A stretch of DNA of 64,000 nt from Octopus vulgaris (GCA_951406725.2 OX597839.1:27652001-27716000); one strand, 5' to 3'; positions 28,637 to 43,043 are shown, counted from the stretch's first letter. Numbers and translations are program-made. Notes: a model not told the origin generated them from the sequence alone.

Positions 28637-28868
28637 ATTTCTTTACTACCCAGAAGGGGCTAAACATTGAGGGGACAAACAAGGACAGACAAACGGATTA
28701 AGTCGATTACATCGACCCCAGTGCGTAACTGGTACTTAATTTGTCGACCCCGAAAGGATGAAAGGCAAAGTCGACCTCGGCGGAATTTGAACTCAGAACG
28801 TAACGGCAGACGAAATACGGCTACGCATTTCGCCCAACGTGCTAACGTTTCTGCCAGCTCGCCGCCTT
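28637..28868 (-). mobile_element. SINE B with 18-bp TSD
   Basis: TSD ATTGGCCAGCCAATATAT at 28619-28636 and 28869-28886. Confidence 0.92.
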
Positions 28869-29210
28869 ATTGGCCAGCCAATATATTGCTATATAGTGAA
28901 CCTATTATGTTATCCCGACGAACGGGAACGTGAAACTCCGAGTAACAGCTTTTGCTACATTTCTGCTGCTTTTAAATAAAGCATATTACTCTACCTCTGG
29001 TATTTGAGTACTCTTTTTTCCACCTTATTTCACATTTCTGTGTTTACTCCGATATATATCTATATATATAAAGAAGACACAGGAAGTGGAGATCGGGAAG
29101 ATAATAATTGATTATTAACAACAGCAGATCGATCATTCTCAATACAATAAACAATTATTATCTTCCCAAACTCCATTTTCTTTTTCTTCTTTTATATGAA
29201 TATAAACTAT

Positions 29211-29578
29211 ATAGACGCAGGAGTGGCTGTGTGGTAAGTAGCTTGCTAACCAGCCACATGGTTCTCGGGTTCAGTCCACTGCGTGGCATCTTGGGCAAGT
29301 GTCTTCTAAGAGTTATAGCCGACCAATGCCTTGTGAGTGGATTTGGTAGACGGAAACTGAAAGAAGCCTGTCGTATATATGTATATATATGTATATGTGT
29401 GTGTGTTTGTGTGTCTGTGTTGTCCCCTTAGCATTGCTTGACAACCGATGCTGGTGTGTTTACGTCCCCGTCACTTAGCGGTTCGCACTAAAAGAAGGGC
29501 CGATAGAATCAAGTACTAAAGGCGGTGCTCCAGCATGGCCGCAGTCAAAAGACTGAAACAGGTAAAAGAGTAAAGAGT
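29211..29578 (+). mobile_element. SINE A (internally deleted)
   Basis: Matches the SINE A consensus. Confidence 0.88.
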
Positions 29579-30021
29579 ACACAGAGTATATGGTTTTATT
29601 TATATAAGGATATACCTATTATTTTAAGGAAATCAATTCCCCCAAAATATTAGGTATTGAACCAGTATTTCCTTGGATGACCCATCTCTTCATGAGGCTA
29701 ACATAACCTCTAATCGAATTTATATATATATATATGGTTGTTATATCTTCATGATAACATAATAGGTTATTTTATCTCTATATTACAACATTACAATAAC
29801 CAATAGCATGTTGTGTATATTATGATAATGAAATTAGCATTGGCTTATCTCACTCTTTTTTGCAGAATCCCTGGGAGCCTTTTGTGGAACCCCGGTTGAG
29901 CAACGCTGGGCTAGAGATAAGAGGAGAGTCATAGATACGTGTTTCTGCCTCAAGAGCCGTTATCAGCTCGACAGTTGTCAAACTTTAATCCCTGTAACCG
30001 AGGTCATTTTGACATTCAATA

Positions 30022-30125
30022 CAGGATGCAACAAAAGACAAAAAAAAGATGAAAAACTCCCAGGTACATCATTCTTGATGTGTAAATACGAAAGGGTTAT
30101 TTTTTTTATTTTTTGTCACACCCTG
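30022..30125. mobile_element. Tc1-like MITE
   Basis: TA|CAGGATGCAACAAAA ... TTTTGTCACACCCTG|TA, with imperfect TIRs. Confidence 0.55.
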
Positions 30126-31113
30126 TATATCAGCTGACCAATAAAATATGGCGTGTTGCCTGACCTATACACGTCATCTGACCACTCTATAATTGGTCGA
30201 TCTGACCCCGCTTTAATCGGTCAGTCTGACTTAGATACAAATGAACACGCAACCGCGTCCTGCTCCATACGAACAACGGATATTTCCGTTGGGGAAAATT
30301 AAAAATAAAAGTCAACAGCCACAACGAAATGAAATGAAATGACCGTGTCCTGTAATTGGCACAACGTTTTAGTAACGACACCTCTCTCTCTCCCTCTCTC
30401 TCTCCTTCTCTCTCTCTCTCCCTTCCCCCTCTCTCTCTTTCTCTCTTGCACGTCCCACACGGGTAACTTGTTTGTTTAGTTGGGTTTCATAACAACATTA
30501 AGGGCTCATCTCCCATAAAACCTCTTTCTACGGTGTTTAGTAAAATAGCTACAATGAAGACGACGGCGGTGATTGCAGATGGAGTAGTAGTAGTAGTGGT
30601 GGTGGTAGTGGTGGTGGTGGTGGTGGTGGTGGTGGAATTGGTATTAGTGGTGGGGGTAGTGATGGTGGTGGCGATGATGGTGGCGGTGATCGCGGTACCG
30701 GATATAATAATGGAGGTTGTGGCGGTCGTAGTCATGGTGATGGTAGTGGAGGTGGAAGCGATATTGGTGGTGGTGGTGGTGGTGGTGGTGGTGGTGGTGG
30801 TGGTGGTGGTGATGATCGTAGCGGTGGTCATGGTGGTCATGATGGTCGTAGTCGTAGTTGTGATGATAGTGGTGGTGGTGGTGGTGGTGGTGATGGTGGT
30901 GGTGGTGGTGGGGTATGGTGGTTGGAGGGGGTGAGGTCGAAATGTTAATAGGAGACAGAGGGGATCTGGGAGGTGGCTGCTTTGAGGGGGGTGGAGTGCA
31001 GAGACTTGACCAATGAACGAGCAGAGAATGAAGAACTGTTGCCCTCGGAGGGTTTTCTTCGTTATTGCAGTTGTTGTTGTCGTTGATGATGACGACGACG
31101 ACGGTGGTGGTGC

Positions 31114-31428
31114 TACTCTTTTACTCTTTTACTCTTTTACTCTTTTACTTGTTTCAGTCATTTGACTGCGGCCATGCTGGAGCACCGCCTTTAGTCGAGC
31201 AAATCGACCCCAGAACTTATTCTTTGTAAGCCCAGTACTTATTCTATCGGTCTCTTTTGCCGAACCGCTAAGTTACGGAGATGTAAACACACCAGCATCA
31301 GTTAGCAAGTGATGTTGGGGGGAACAGACACAAACACACATATATATACATATATATATATACGACAGGCTTCTTTCAGTTTCCTTCTACTAAATCCACT
31401 CACAAGGCTTTGGTCGGCCCGGGGCTAG
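31114..31428 (-). mobile_element. 5'-truncated SINE A
   Basis: SINE A 3' part; GATGACGACG..GGTGGTGGTGCTAC is duplicated on both sides. Confidence 0.85.
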
Positions 31429-31680
31429 ATGATGATGATGATGATGACGACGGTGGTGGTGCTACGCCTATGCCTACTGTTGATGATGATGATGATAATG
31501 ATGACGATGATGGTGGTGGTGGTGGTGTAATTGTTACTGTTGTTGTTGTTAGTTTTGTAGTTGTTATGGTTGTTGTTTTTCTTTTATTTTTACTATTGTT
31601 TTTTTCTTCTTTCTCCTCCTCCTCCTTTCTTCCTCTTAACGTTGTTGTTGATGTTGCTGCTGTCGTTCTTCTTCTTCTTC

Positions 31681-31733
<53 letters not shown>

Positions 31734-32392
31734 GTTGTTGTTGTTGTTGTTGTTGTTATTGTTGTTATTGTTGTTGTGGTTATTGTTATTATTATCATTA
31801 TTATTATTGTTGTTGTTATTGTTGTTATTATTATTGTTATTATTATCATTATTATTATTATTATCATTATTATTATTATTATTATCATTATTATTATTAT
31901 TGTTGTTATTGTTGTTGTTATTGTTATTATTATTGCTATTATTATTATTGTTATTATTATTATTGTTGTTGTTATTATTCTTATTATTACTATTAATATT
32001 CCTCTTCTCATTTCCCTCTTCTCCCTCCTACTTCCTCTTGATGTTGATGCTGATATTGCTGTGGCTGGTGCTGCTGCGGTAGTTGTTGTTGTTGTTGTTG
32101 TCTGTGTTGCTGCAGAGTGCAGCGGAATGAGCCAGAAGTCTGCCAGAATCTGAGTGCGAACAGATGGAACGCTGCGTGGAACAAATCGACAATCGGAATT
32201 CTCTATTTTTTGTGTTTATAGCCAGGTGACTGGTTCTTGTGGGGTAGAAAAAGGAAGAGAGATTTGTGGTTAGGAAGAGCGGACGGGGGGAGGGAGGAGA
32301 AGAGGAATTGATGAGAGAGAGAGAGAGAGAGATGGGGGAGGAAAGGAAGTGGAGGATATTGAGAGGTAGACAGGATACAAGAGAGATGATAT

Positions 32393-32434
<42 letters not shown>

Positions 32435-32568
32435 CAAACAGTTATGAAGGTCGAGTAAATGGAGGGGTGGGAAACCAGGCAGAAAGAGACGGGGAGGACA
32501 GAGGTGTGGACAGGTAGACAGCCAGGTAAAACGAAGAGACATAACAGTAAGCAGACAGACAGACAGAC

Positions 32569-32606
<38 letters not shown>

Positions 32607-32708
32607 GTATATAGATAGATAGAGAGAGAGAGGGGTAGATAGATAGATAGAGAGAGAGAGGTAGCTAGATAGATAGAGAGAGAGAGAGAGGTAGATAGAT
32701 AGGTTGAC

Positions 32709-32786
<78 letters not shown>

Positions 32787-33176
32787 GTTGACAGATAGAA
32801 AGAGAGAAGGAGAGAGAGAGAGAAAGCGGGAGAGATAGATGGATGGGTGGATGGATGGATGGATGGATGGATGGATGGACGGACGGACGGACAGATGGAT
32901 GGATGGATGGATGGATAAATAGATGGATAGATAAGCGGATACATACATATATACAGAAAGACAGATAGACAGAACCCGAGAGATAAGAGTTAGATATACA
33001 GAGGGAAGTATCGAGACAGACAGACAGATACACAGACAGACAGATGCACAGGCGGCGGATGGAGCAATGACCGCTCGGTGGGAAGTTCGTAGCGAAACTT
33101 GATGTGATGCGATGCTGTGTAGAAATGCGTATAGAAATGTATATTTATACATACACACGTAGCGTTTATAAAGCTC

Positions 33177-33216
<40 letters not shown>

Positions 33217-33256
33217 TGTGTGTGTCTGTGTGTGTGTCTGTGTGTGTGTATGTGTG

Positions 33257-33287
<31 letters not shown>

Positions 33288-33533
33288 TGCGTATGTAAAT
33301 ATACTCATAATGTAATTAGGTAAAAATCAAAGCTCAGCTTCTCTGTAAACAATAACGGAAGTTGTTTTTTTCACCTCTCGCGCTCGCGTGTTTGAAATTG
33401 GCTGCAGATGTAAGGCAGGTTTATACCCCCACCCCCATCACAGCCACAGCCACCACCACCACCACCACCGCCGCTGCCGCCGCCACGACCATCATCATCA
33501 TCATAATCATCATTATTATCGTCATTGCCATCG

Positions 33534-33564
<31 letters not shown>

Positions 33565-33959
33565 CATCATCACCATCACCATCAACATCAACATCATCAT
33601 CATCATCATCATCACCATAATCATCATTATTATCATCATTGCCACCGTCATCGTCATCATCATCATCATCACCATCACCATCATCATCACCATCATCATC
33701 ATCATCATCATCATCATCGTCATCTATCTAGACGAACAACTACGTAGAATCTCTCTTGTTGATTCCATATTTCTATGGATGTTGTTGCTGTTTTTTTTTT
33801 TTGTTTTTTTTTTTGTGGGGGAGGACAGAGATGCTGAATTGATTCCATCTCTGAATTTCAACGAACACAAGCATCGTATAAAACCCAATATACCTCATTT
33901 TCAAAACCACCCATGGTCAACACTAAACAGGCCATTTCATTAAAAATCCAATGTAGAAA

Positions 33960-34230
33960 ATGTGATTTAGCTTCAAGGTTCATCCAAGACTGGGACCACG
34001 GGCCATACGTCGCCTGTCCAATTCAAGATCACAACATACATGTACACTGCAACATAATTTCTTTTCCTCAACAGGCCCTGCCCTATTTAACATTGTCCCG
34101 AGGGAGATCAAAGAGGAAAAGGATCCCATCAACTTTAAACGGAGTCTGGATAGATTCCTTCAAAGAATACCAGATAAGCCACCCATAATTGGATACAACT
34201 CACCCAACAAGAACTCACTACTTGAACAAA
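33960..34230 (+). mobile_element. CR1-type LINE ORF2 C-terminus
   Basis: FKVHPRLGPRA...GPALFNIVPREIKEEKDPINFKRSLDRFLQRIPDKPPIIGY...NSLLE. Confidence 0.75.
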
Positions 34231-34399
34231 ACTTGACTTAAACAAAACTTGACTTAAACAGGATTCAAAGTTAGACATGGCCTGGACCAATCTTTGGTCG
34301 AAACATATCTAAGTTATCTAAGTTATACGCAAGCAGCAACGTTAGATATTTTCCTTCTGGAAGTTTATGCATTTCTACAATAGCATTTATACTGTTAAT

Positions 34400-34694
34400 T
34401 TTTGTTGCTTGTTCCTTCTCGAGCCATGCCTGGCTCATAAGGGCCGGTTCTCCGGTTTCCTTGGCGTATAGGTTCCTCACCTGGTCCGTCGCAGGTGAGC
34501 TGCAAGATGCAGGAGGAAAGAGTGAGAGAAATGTTGTGGCGAAAGAGTCAGAAGTTCGCCATTACCTTCTGCCGGAGCCGCGTGGAGCTTAGGTGTTTCG
34601 CTCATAAACACACACATCGCCCGTTCTGAGATTCGAACCCGCGATCCCACGACCGCGAGTCCGCTGCTCTAACCACTAGGCCATATACCTCCAC
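34400..34694 (-). mobile_element. SINE with family C head and an alternative tail
   Basis: Head GTGGAGGTATATGGCCTAGTGGTTAGAGCAGCGGACTCGCGG matches family C; the tail GGAAACCGG...GGCATGGCTCGAGAAGGAAC differs. Confidence 0.85.
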
Positions 34695-35112
34695 TTTAGA
34701 GGGTTAATAGATCTCTAAAGCATTGATTGTGACCGGAGGTAGACCCTAGAGTGAGGTTAATCCCATCGAGGTTAATTTTGCCTTTTATCCTTCTGAGGTC
34801 AGTAAAATAAAGTACCAGTCAACTATCAGGGTCGGTATAGTCGACCATTCACTTCTTCAAAATTTCTACGTATGTTTCAAACAATTATTAGAGTGGTGGG
34901 GTGACAGAATAGGCAGCGCGCCGAACAAAATGTTTTGCGATATTTGCTCCTGCTTTATGTTCTGAGCTCAAATTCGACCGAGGCCTAATTTGCCTTACAT
35001 TATTTCGGGGTCGATAAAATAAGAACCAGCTGAACACTGGGGTCGATGTAATCGACAAGCCCTCTCCCTCAAATTTCAGGCCTTGTGCCTACAGTAGAAA
35101 GGATTATTATCC

Positions 35113-35144
<32 letters not shown>

Positions 35145-35659
35145 GAGTGAGAGAGCAGTTCATGCCATCAAAGTGACACTGGAGTACAAATATACGAAGC
35201 CCAGTATACCCATCATGATTACCCGTCTGATAAGGACACACCAGGCATATGCATCACAACCATATGTGCGTGACATAGTCGTCTCATATCAAGATAAACA
35301 GCACATGACCTTGCAGGAGGGGCCCAGTCGAAAATATCCTGAATTAAGTTTGTTTTAAGAATAAGGAACAAAACACCCATGTTTCCAGAGGTGAATTATT
35401 CAAACCCCAAAGAGTTCCTCTCAACACATGGCTATGATGCTCGCCCACTACTTCTGCTCGTGATCAGAGATGCACATATCGTCAGCCACTAAGGGACATG
35501 CTCAACTGGTTAAGGTCAAACAACTGACAAGCAAATCCGTGGTATTGAGCAGAATATTTGCTGTAGGCCATCTTTTATACCAAGACAAATTAATGCACAT
35601 CATAACACTTCCAATCAGTTAAGATCAGAAGCCACGGGCCACTAACTACATCAGGGTAT

Positions 35660-35660
<1 letters not shown>
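35145..35660. mobile_element. Family D element inserted in (ATT)n
   Basis: Same sequence as 37457-38012 with small deletions; flanked by (ATT)n on both sides. Confidence 0.88.
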
Positions 35661-35738
<78 letters not shown>

Positions 35739-36037
35739 CATTATTGGCGAGCTGATAGCATGCCGATCAAAATGCTTAGGGACACTTCGTCCGTCTTTAC
35801 GTTCTTAGTTCAAATTCCGCTGAGTCCAAATGCCGTTGAGGTCGACATGGCCTTTCATCGATTCGGGGGGTCGATAAAATAAGTACCAGTTGAACACTGG
35901 AGTCGATGCAATCGACTTAAACCCACCCCTGAAATTGCTGGCCTCGTGCCAAAATTTGAAACCAATATTGTAATTACTACCACTACTACTGCAAATCGTA
36001 ACGTTGCCTCTACTACTACAATAACTACTACTACTAT

Positions 36038-36085
<48 letters not shown>

Positions 36086-36156
36086 CACAACAATAACTAC
36101 TACTACTACTGCTACTACTACTACTACTACTACTACTGCTACTGCTACTACTACTA

Positions 36157-36191
<35 letters not shown>

Positions 36192-36704
36192 ACTGCTACT
36201 ACTACAATCGCTGTTTTTTTTATTAATATCCATTGGTGAGCTTTTCGTCTTCGTTCCATTTTGTTTGTGTGTGTATGCGTGTTTGTGTGAGTGTACCTGT
36301 GTGTATGTATGTGTTCAGTAAGTGTATATGTGTACGCATGTTTCTGATTTCTTTGTTTATTCGTTTGTGAGTATTTTGTTGTTGTTTTTCTTTTCTTTTT
36401 TCTTTCTTTCTCCATTTTCCACCTGGTTTTTCTTCTATTTTTAAAGAATAATAACCGTGACGGCATCTCCAATTTTCCACTGGGCTACCTTTTCTCAATC
36501 TCAAACAAATAAATTATCTCTTATCCAGAAACAAACCTTTGATCACTCTTATATCATTATTATTATTTCCGAGTTACAATTTACGTTATAATAACCGATC
36601 GTCTGCTCCTCATTCATTTTATTTTTTTTACTCTACCTCCTCATCCACCTTCTTCTTTCCCCCCTCTTCCTTTTCTTCATTTTCCTCACAACAAAATCAA
36701 CAGC

Positions 36705-37017
36705 AATAATAATAATAATAATAATAATGATAATAATAATAATAATAATAATAATGATAATAATAATGATAATAATAATAATAATGATAATAATAATAAT
36801 AATGATAATAATAATGATAATAATAATGATAATAATAATAATAATGATAATAATAATGATAATAATAATAATAATGATGATAATAATAATGATAATAATA
36901 ATAATAATAATAATGATAATAATAATAATGATAATAATAATAATAATAATGATAATAATAATAATAATAATGATAATAATAATAATAATAATAATGATAA
37001 TAATAATAATAATAGTA

Positions 37018-37058
<41 letters not shown>

Positions 37059-37113
37059 AATAATGATAATAATAATAATAATAATAATGATAATAATAAT
37101 GATAATAATAATG

Positions 37114-37160
<47 letters not shown>

Positions 37161-37232
37161 GATAATAATAATAATAATGATAATAATAATAATAATGATA
37201 ATAATAATGATAATAATAATGATAATAATAAT
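36705..37232. repeat. (AAT/GAT)n microsatellite
   Basis: Direct reading. Confidence 0.97.
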
Positions 37233-37369
37233 ATATTTTCTTTGTGCTCGCTTCTTCTTTTCTTGTGTTCTTTTCCTCCTCCACCTCCTCTTCATCTTTC
37301 TATATCCCTTCTTCCTCTGCCTCATGATTCATCTGTCGTCTACTTTTTGTCATCATCAGGAACATTATA

Positions 37370-37428
<59 letters not shown>

Positions 37429-37456
37429 CATTATTACTATTATTATTATTATTATT

Positions 37457-38010
37457 GAGTGAGCAAGCAGAGCATGCCATCAAAGTGACACTGGGGTAAA
37501 ATATACGAAGCCCAGTATACCCATCATGATTACCCGTCTGATAAGGGTACACCAGGCACATGCATCACAACCATATGTGCGCGACATGGTGATCTCATAT
37601 CAAGATAAACAGCACATGACCTTGCAGGTGGAGCCCAGTTAGAATTTTCTTCAGATCGAGTAACCCATCCCGCTCGAAAGGTCCCTGAATAAGGGTTGTT
37701 TAAGGATGTTGAACGAAACACCCATGTTTCCAGAGGTGAATTATTCAAACCCCAAAGAATCCTTCTCAACACATGGCTATGATGCTCCTCCACTACTTCT
37801 GCTCGTGATCAGAGATGCACATATCGTCAGCCACTAAGGGGCATGCTCAACTGGTTAAGGTCAAACAACTGACAAACAAATCTGTGGTATTGAGCAGAAT
37901 ATTTGCTGTAGCCCATCTTTTATACCAAGACAAAACAATGTACATGATAACACTTCCAATCAGTTAAGATCAGAAGCCATGAGAGCCACTGCCTGGTACT
38001 GCATCAGGGC

Positions 38011-38012
<2 letters not shown>
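37457..38012. mobile_element. Family D element (about 556 bp, non-coding) inserted in (ATT)n
   Basis: GAGTGAGCAAGCAG...GTACTGCATCAGGGCAT; four copies in the window. Confidence 0.9.
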
Positions 38013-38054
<42 letters not shown>

Positions 38055-38056
38055 TA

Positions 38057-38089
<33 letters not shown>

Positions 38090-38223
38090 GCGGTATTTCG
38101 TCCAAGATTTTGCCCTTCATTCTTTCGGGGTCGATAAAATAAGTACCAGTTGAACACTGGGGTTGATATAATCGACTCATCCCCCACCTTCCCCAAGCTG
38201 CCCTTGCGGCAAAGAAATATTAC

Positions 38224-38224
<1 letters not shown>

Positions 38225-38263
<39 letters not shown>

Positions 38264-38319
38264 CATTATTATCATTATTATTATTATTATTATTATCATT
38301 ACTTTTATTATTATTATTA

Positions 38320-38355
<36 letters not shown>

Positions 38356-38392
38356 CATTATATTATTATTATTATTTTCATTTTTATTATTA

Positions 38393-38430
<38 letters not shown>

Positions 38431-38435
38431 TATTC

Positions 38436-38471
<36 letters not shown>

Positions 38472-38570
38472 CATTATTATTATCATTATCATTATTATTA
38501 TTATTTTCATTTTTATTATTATCATTATTATTATTATTTTTATTATTATTATTATTATTATTATCATTAC

Positions 38571-38611
<41 letters not shown>

Positions 38612-38658
38612 TATTATTATCATTATTATTATTATTATTATCATTATTATTATTATTT

Positions 38659-38704
<46 letters not shown>

Positions 38705-38876
38705 CATTATTATTATTATTATCATTATTATTATTATTTTCATTTTTATTATTATCATTATTATTATTATTTTTATTATTATTATTATTATTATCATTAC
38801 TTTTATTATTATTATTATTATTATTATCATTATTATTATTATTTCATTATTATTATTATTTTCATTATTATTATTA

Positions 38877-38922
<46 letters not shown>

Positions 38923-39082
38923 CATTATTATTATTATTATCATTATTATTATTATTTTCATTTTTATTATTATCATTATTATTATTATTTTTATTATTAT
39001 TATTATTATCATTACTTTTATTATTATTATTATTATTATTATTATCATTATTATTATTATTTTCATTATTATTATTATTTTT

Positions 39083-39144
<62 letters not shown>

Positions 39145-39233
39145 CATTATTATTTTTATTATTATTATTATTATTATCATTATTATTATTATTATTATCA
39201 TTATTATTATTTTTATTATTATTATTATTATTA

Positions 39234-39309
<76 letters not shown>

Positions 39310-39323
39310 TTTTATTATTATTA

Positions 39324-39354
<31 letters not shown>

Positions 39355-39692
39355 CATTATTATTATTACTTTTATTATCATTATTATTATTATCATTATT
39401 ATTATTACTTTTATTATTATTATTATTATTTTCATTGTTATTATTATTATCATTATTATTATTATTATTTTTATTATTATCATTATTATTATTATTATTA
39501 TTACTTTTATTATTATCATTATTATTATTATTATTATTATTGTTATTACTTTTATTATTATTATTATTATTATCATTATTATTATTATCATTATTATCAT
39601 TATTATTATTATTTTTATTATTATCATTATTATTATTATTATCATTGTTATTACTTTTATTATTATTATTATTATTATTATTATCATTATTA

Positions 39693-39735
<43 letters not shown>

Positions 39736-39855
39736 CCTTATCATCATCATCATCATTATTATCATTATTACTATTATTTTTTTTATTATTATCATTATTA
39801 TTATTATCATTATTATTTTCATTATTACTATTATTATTATTATTATCATCATTAT
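38225..39855. repeat. 1.6-kb degenerate (ATT)n array
   Basis: Direct reading. Confidence 0.98.
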
Positions 39856-40262
39856 TTAGTAGTAGTAGTTGTAATAGTAGTTCTGGTTTTTCTTTTTTCT
39901 TTCCGTCGTTTCTTTTATTTTGCATCATTTTGTATTAAAGAAAAAAATTGTGTATTATTTTTAGATTTATAAACTTAGAAGAATGCAATCAACGGAAGGG
40001 AAAATGGTGGAAACTTACTGAAGGATGTAAGAGAATTGGTGAAACGAAAGTCCGTCATGCGCGAAAGAAGAAGAAGAAGAACGACAACAACAACGAATTA
40101 GCGGCAACAAAAAGAGAAACAGAAACAAAACAAAAAGGAAATAAGGAAAGGAAAGAATTAGAAGAAAAAGAAGAAGAAGAAGAAGAAGAAGAAGGAGAAG
40201 GAGGAGGAGAAGAAGAAGAAGAAGAAGAAGAAGAAGAAGAAGAAGAAGAAAAAGTAGAAGAA

Positions 40263-40294
<32 letters not shown>

Positions 40295-40392
40295 AGATTA
40301 ACAACAACTACAGCAATGACGACGGCGACAGCGACGTAGAAAATATTGATATGAAAATTCTGAATGTGTCTAACCTGTATCACAATGTATAT

Positions 40393-40461
<69 letters not shown>

Positions 40462-40719
40462 GACACCCACACAAGAACGAATTCTAAGACAGTGGACAGA
40501 TAGAATTGCTGAAAGGAAAGTATTTGTTTCTGTTTGGTGGTGTAACGTAACCTTATGGTTAATAACTAGGTTGGGTGGTAGCGAGGATTAAGACAGGCCT
40601 CGACCGAAACGGGACAGGTTCGGATCCTTGGAGTGTAATCAGTCGTGAGATGAGAACGATGGATGTTGGACGGTGTGGTCCTTAACACCTGGATGGGGAA
40701 AATGTAATAATATTACTTA

Positions 40720-41128
40720 AGGCGTAGGAGTGGCTGTGTGGTAAGTAGCTTGCTAACCAACCGCATGGTTCCGGGTTCAGTCCCACTGCGTGGCACCTTG
40801 GGCAAGCGTCTTCTGCTATAGCCCCGGGCCGACCAATACCTTGTGAGTGGATTTGGTAGACGGAAACTGAAAGAAGCCTGTCGTATATATGTATATATAT
40901 GTATGTGTGTGTGTATATGTTTGTGTGTCTGTGTTTGTCCCCCTAGCATTGCTTGACAACTGATGCTGGTGTGTTTACGTCCCCGTCACTTAGCGGTTCG
41001 GCAAAAGAGACCGATAGAATAAGTACTGGGCTTACAAAGAATAATTCCCGGGGTCGATTTGCTCGACTAAAGGCGGTGCTCCAGCATGGCCGCAGTCAAA
41101 TGACTGAAATAAGTAAAAGAGTAAAAGT
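40720..41128 (+). mobile_element. SINE A
   Basis: Full-length copy. Confidence 0.92.
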
Positions 41129-41144
41129 GTAAGGAGTTCGTTTT

Positions 41145-41970
41145 ATTATTATTATATCTTCGACTTTTGTTTTGTATTTGTACAAGTTGACTCCAAGACT
41201 CACCCAGAGACTTCAAGAGACAGCAAGTTAGAACTTCATGTTGGTGTTGTGCCTGGGGTGTCATATATTTGGTTTTGCACATAGTATTGTTCTAGAGAAT
41301 GTTTAAGAAAACATAAGAAAATTATGAGTCTGTTTTAAAATTTGGGATTACATAGACACTATTTTCCATTTTTGTGTTTCCTGGTATCTGAGCAAGGTAA
41401 CAATCAGCCCCTTTTGCTATCATTCCTAGGGCACCCATGACAACAGGTATTGTTTTAGTCTTGAGGTTCCACATTTCGCCAATTTCTATTTCAAGATCTT
41501 TGTACTTGCTCAGTTTTTGTAGGTTTCGACTGATACATTTATGTCGATAGAGACAGACATATCGATAAGGAGGCATAATTTTTGTTTGAAGTCCTTCAAT
41601 ATAATGTCTCGCCCATTCGCATCTACTTTCTGTCAGTTTGAACGGTGAAGTTCCAGAGGAGTGAAACGTGGTCATTTTCAAGAACTGGTGGTGGTTTGTG
41701 TTCCCACTAGTTTTTATCATGGGGCAGGTCCAATTCTTTGAAAATTACCCAATGAATATACTGTGCTGCTCTATGATACCTTTTGAGATACTCTGTAGGC
41801 GCAAGAAGACAGCACATGAAGACAACATGATTTTGTTGTTTACATACACGATATGGTTGGGTTACTGCTGTTCTTTAATATGTTGGTCTGGTAGTTCCTT
41901 ATAATTAGGCATTGATCTTTGGCTGCTATGATAAATCCTTCTGTCTCTGATTTTAAGCCAGAAGACACTA
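41145..41970 (-). pseudogene. R4/Dong-clade LINE 3' fragment (zinc knuckle and REL endonuclease)
   Basis: SGLKSETEGFIIAAKDQCL..RNYQ, YIHW, DIILKD..KLCLLIDMSV and KLSKYKDLEIEIGEMWNLKTKTIPVVMGALG; short (TAA)n at both ends. Confidence 0.85.
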
Positions 41971-42039
41971 TTATTATTATCACGAAATTGCTGGTCTTGT
42001 GCTAAGATTCGAAACCATTATCATTATTATTATCAAGTA

Positions 42040-42260
42040 GGATGGCGAGCTGGCAGAATCGTTAGCACGTCGTCATAATGCTCGGCGGCATTTTGTCCGT
42101 TTATACATTCTGAGTTCAAATGCCTCCGAGATCGATTTTGCCTTTCTTCCTTTCGGGTTCAATAAAATAAGTACCGGTTGATCACTGGGGTCGATGTAAA
42201 CAACTTATTCGTTCCCCCGAAATTGCTGGCCTTGTGCTAAAATTTGAAGCCGTTGTTATT
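42040..42260 (+). mobile_element. Diverged SINE B
   Basis: GGCGAGCTGGCAGAATCGTTAGCAC...TTTGCCTTTCTTCCTTTCGGG. Confidence 0.8.
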
Positions 42261-42353
42261 ATTATTGTTATTATAATTTTCCGATTGCTTTGCATTTTAT
42301 TTCATCATTTGACCAGGTTTCAATCAGAGACCTGGGGTACGTATATATTAGAT

Positions 42354-42735
42354 GTGGAGGCGCAATGGCCCAGTGGTTAGGGCAGCGGACTCGCGGTCGT
42401 AGGATCGCGGTTTCGATTCCCAGACCGGGCATTGTGAGTATTTATTGAGCGAAAACACCTAAAGCTCCACGAGGCTCCGGCAGGGGATGGTGGTGATCCC
42501 TGCTGTACTCTTTCACCACAACTTTCTCTCTTCTTACTTCCTGTTTCTGTTGTACCTGTATTTCAAGGGGCCGGCCTTGTCACTCTCTGGGTCACGCTGA
42601 ATATCCCCGAGAACTACGTTAAGGGTACACGTGTCTGTGGAGTGCTCAGCCACTTACACGTTAATTTCACGAGCAGGCTGTTCCGTTGATCGGATCAACC
42701 GGAACCCTCATCGTCGTAACCGACGGAGTGCTTCC
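42354..42735 (+). mobile_element. SINE C
   Basis: Full-length copy. Confidence 0.92.
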
Positions 42736-43043
42736 CCTAGTCTGATAGTTCCGAGTGAGGTGACTGATCTTGTGCCGCTGGGATAATTTTTTGTTTCGGC
42801 TTTCAACCCAGCTCTCGACAGCCACCGATGGGTTCTTCACACATCTGCATCAACTCCACCGGATCGTTTCGAGTATTGTTCATACAATGGTTTTTCTTGT
42901 CGCAGTCTCCATATTACCTTCAAGCATTAACAGTCTGACTTTTACATCATTTTTATATTCGACGGATATTTGTCCTCACCTTATTTGTTGTTAACACAAC
43001 GTTTCGGCTTAGGAATGAGAACCCAGGTTCGAAATTTCCACAA

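Larger units (their letters stand above)
28360..29908. mobile_element. Non-autonomous hAT (Charlie-like) element with nested insertions
   Basis: TIRs CAGCGTTTCTCAA / TTGAGCAACGCTG; 8-bp TSD GTCTAGAG / GGCTAGAG. Confidence 0.8.

Noticed and set aside
38150-39938. Poly-Ile/Asn/Leu ORFs
   Set aside because: (ATT)n artefacts; the same applies to the many other low-complexity ORFs in the track.
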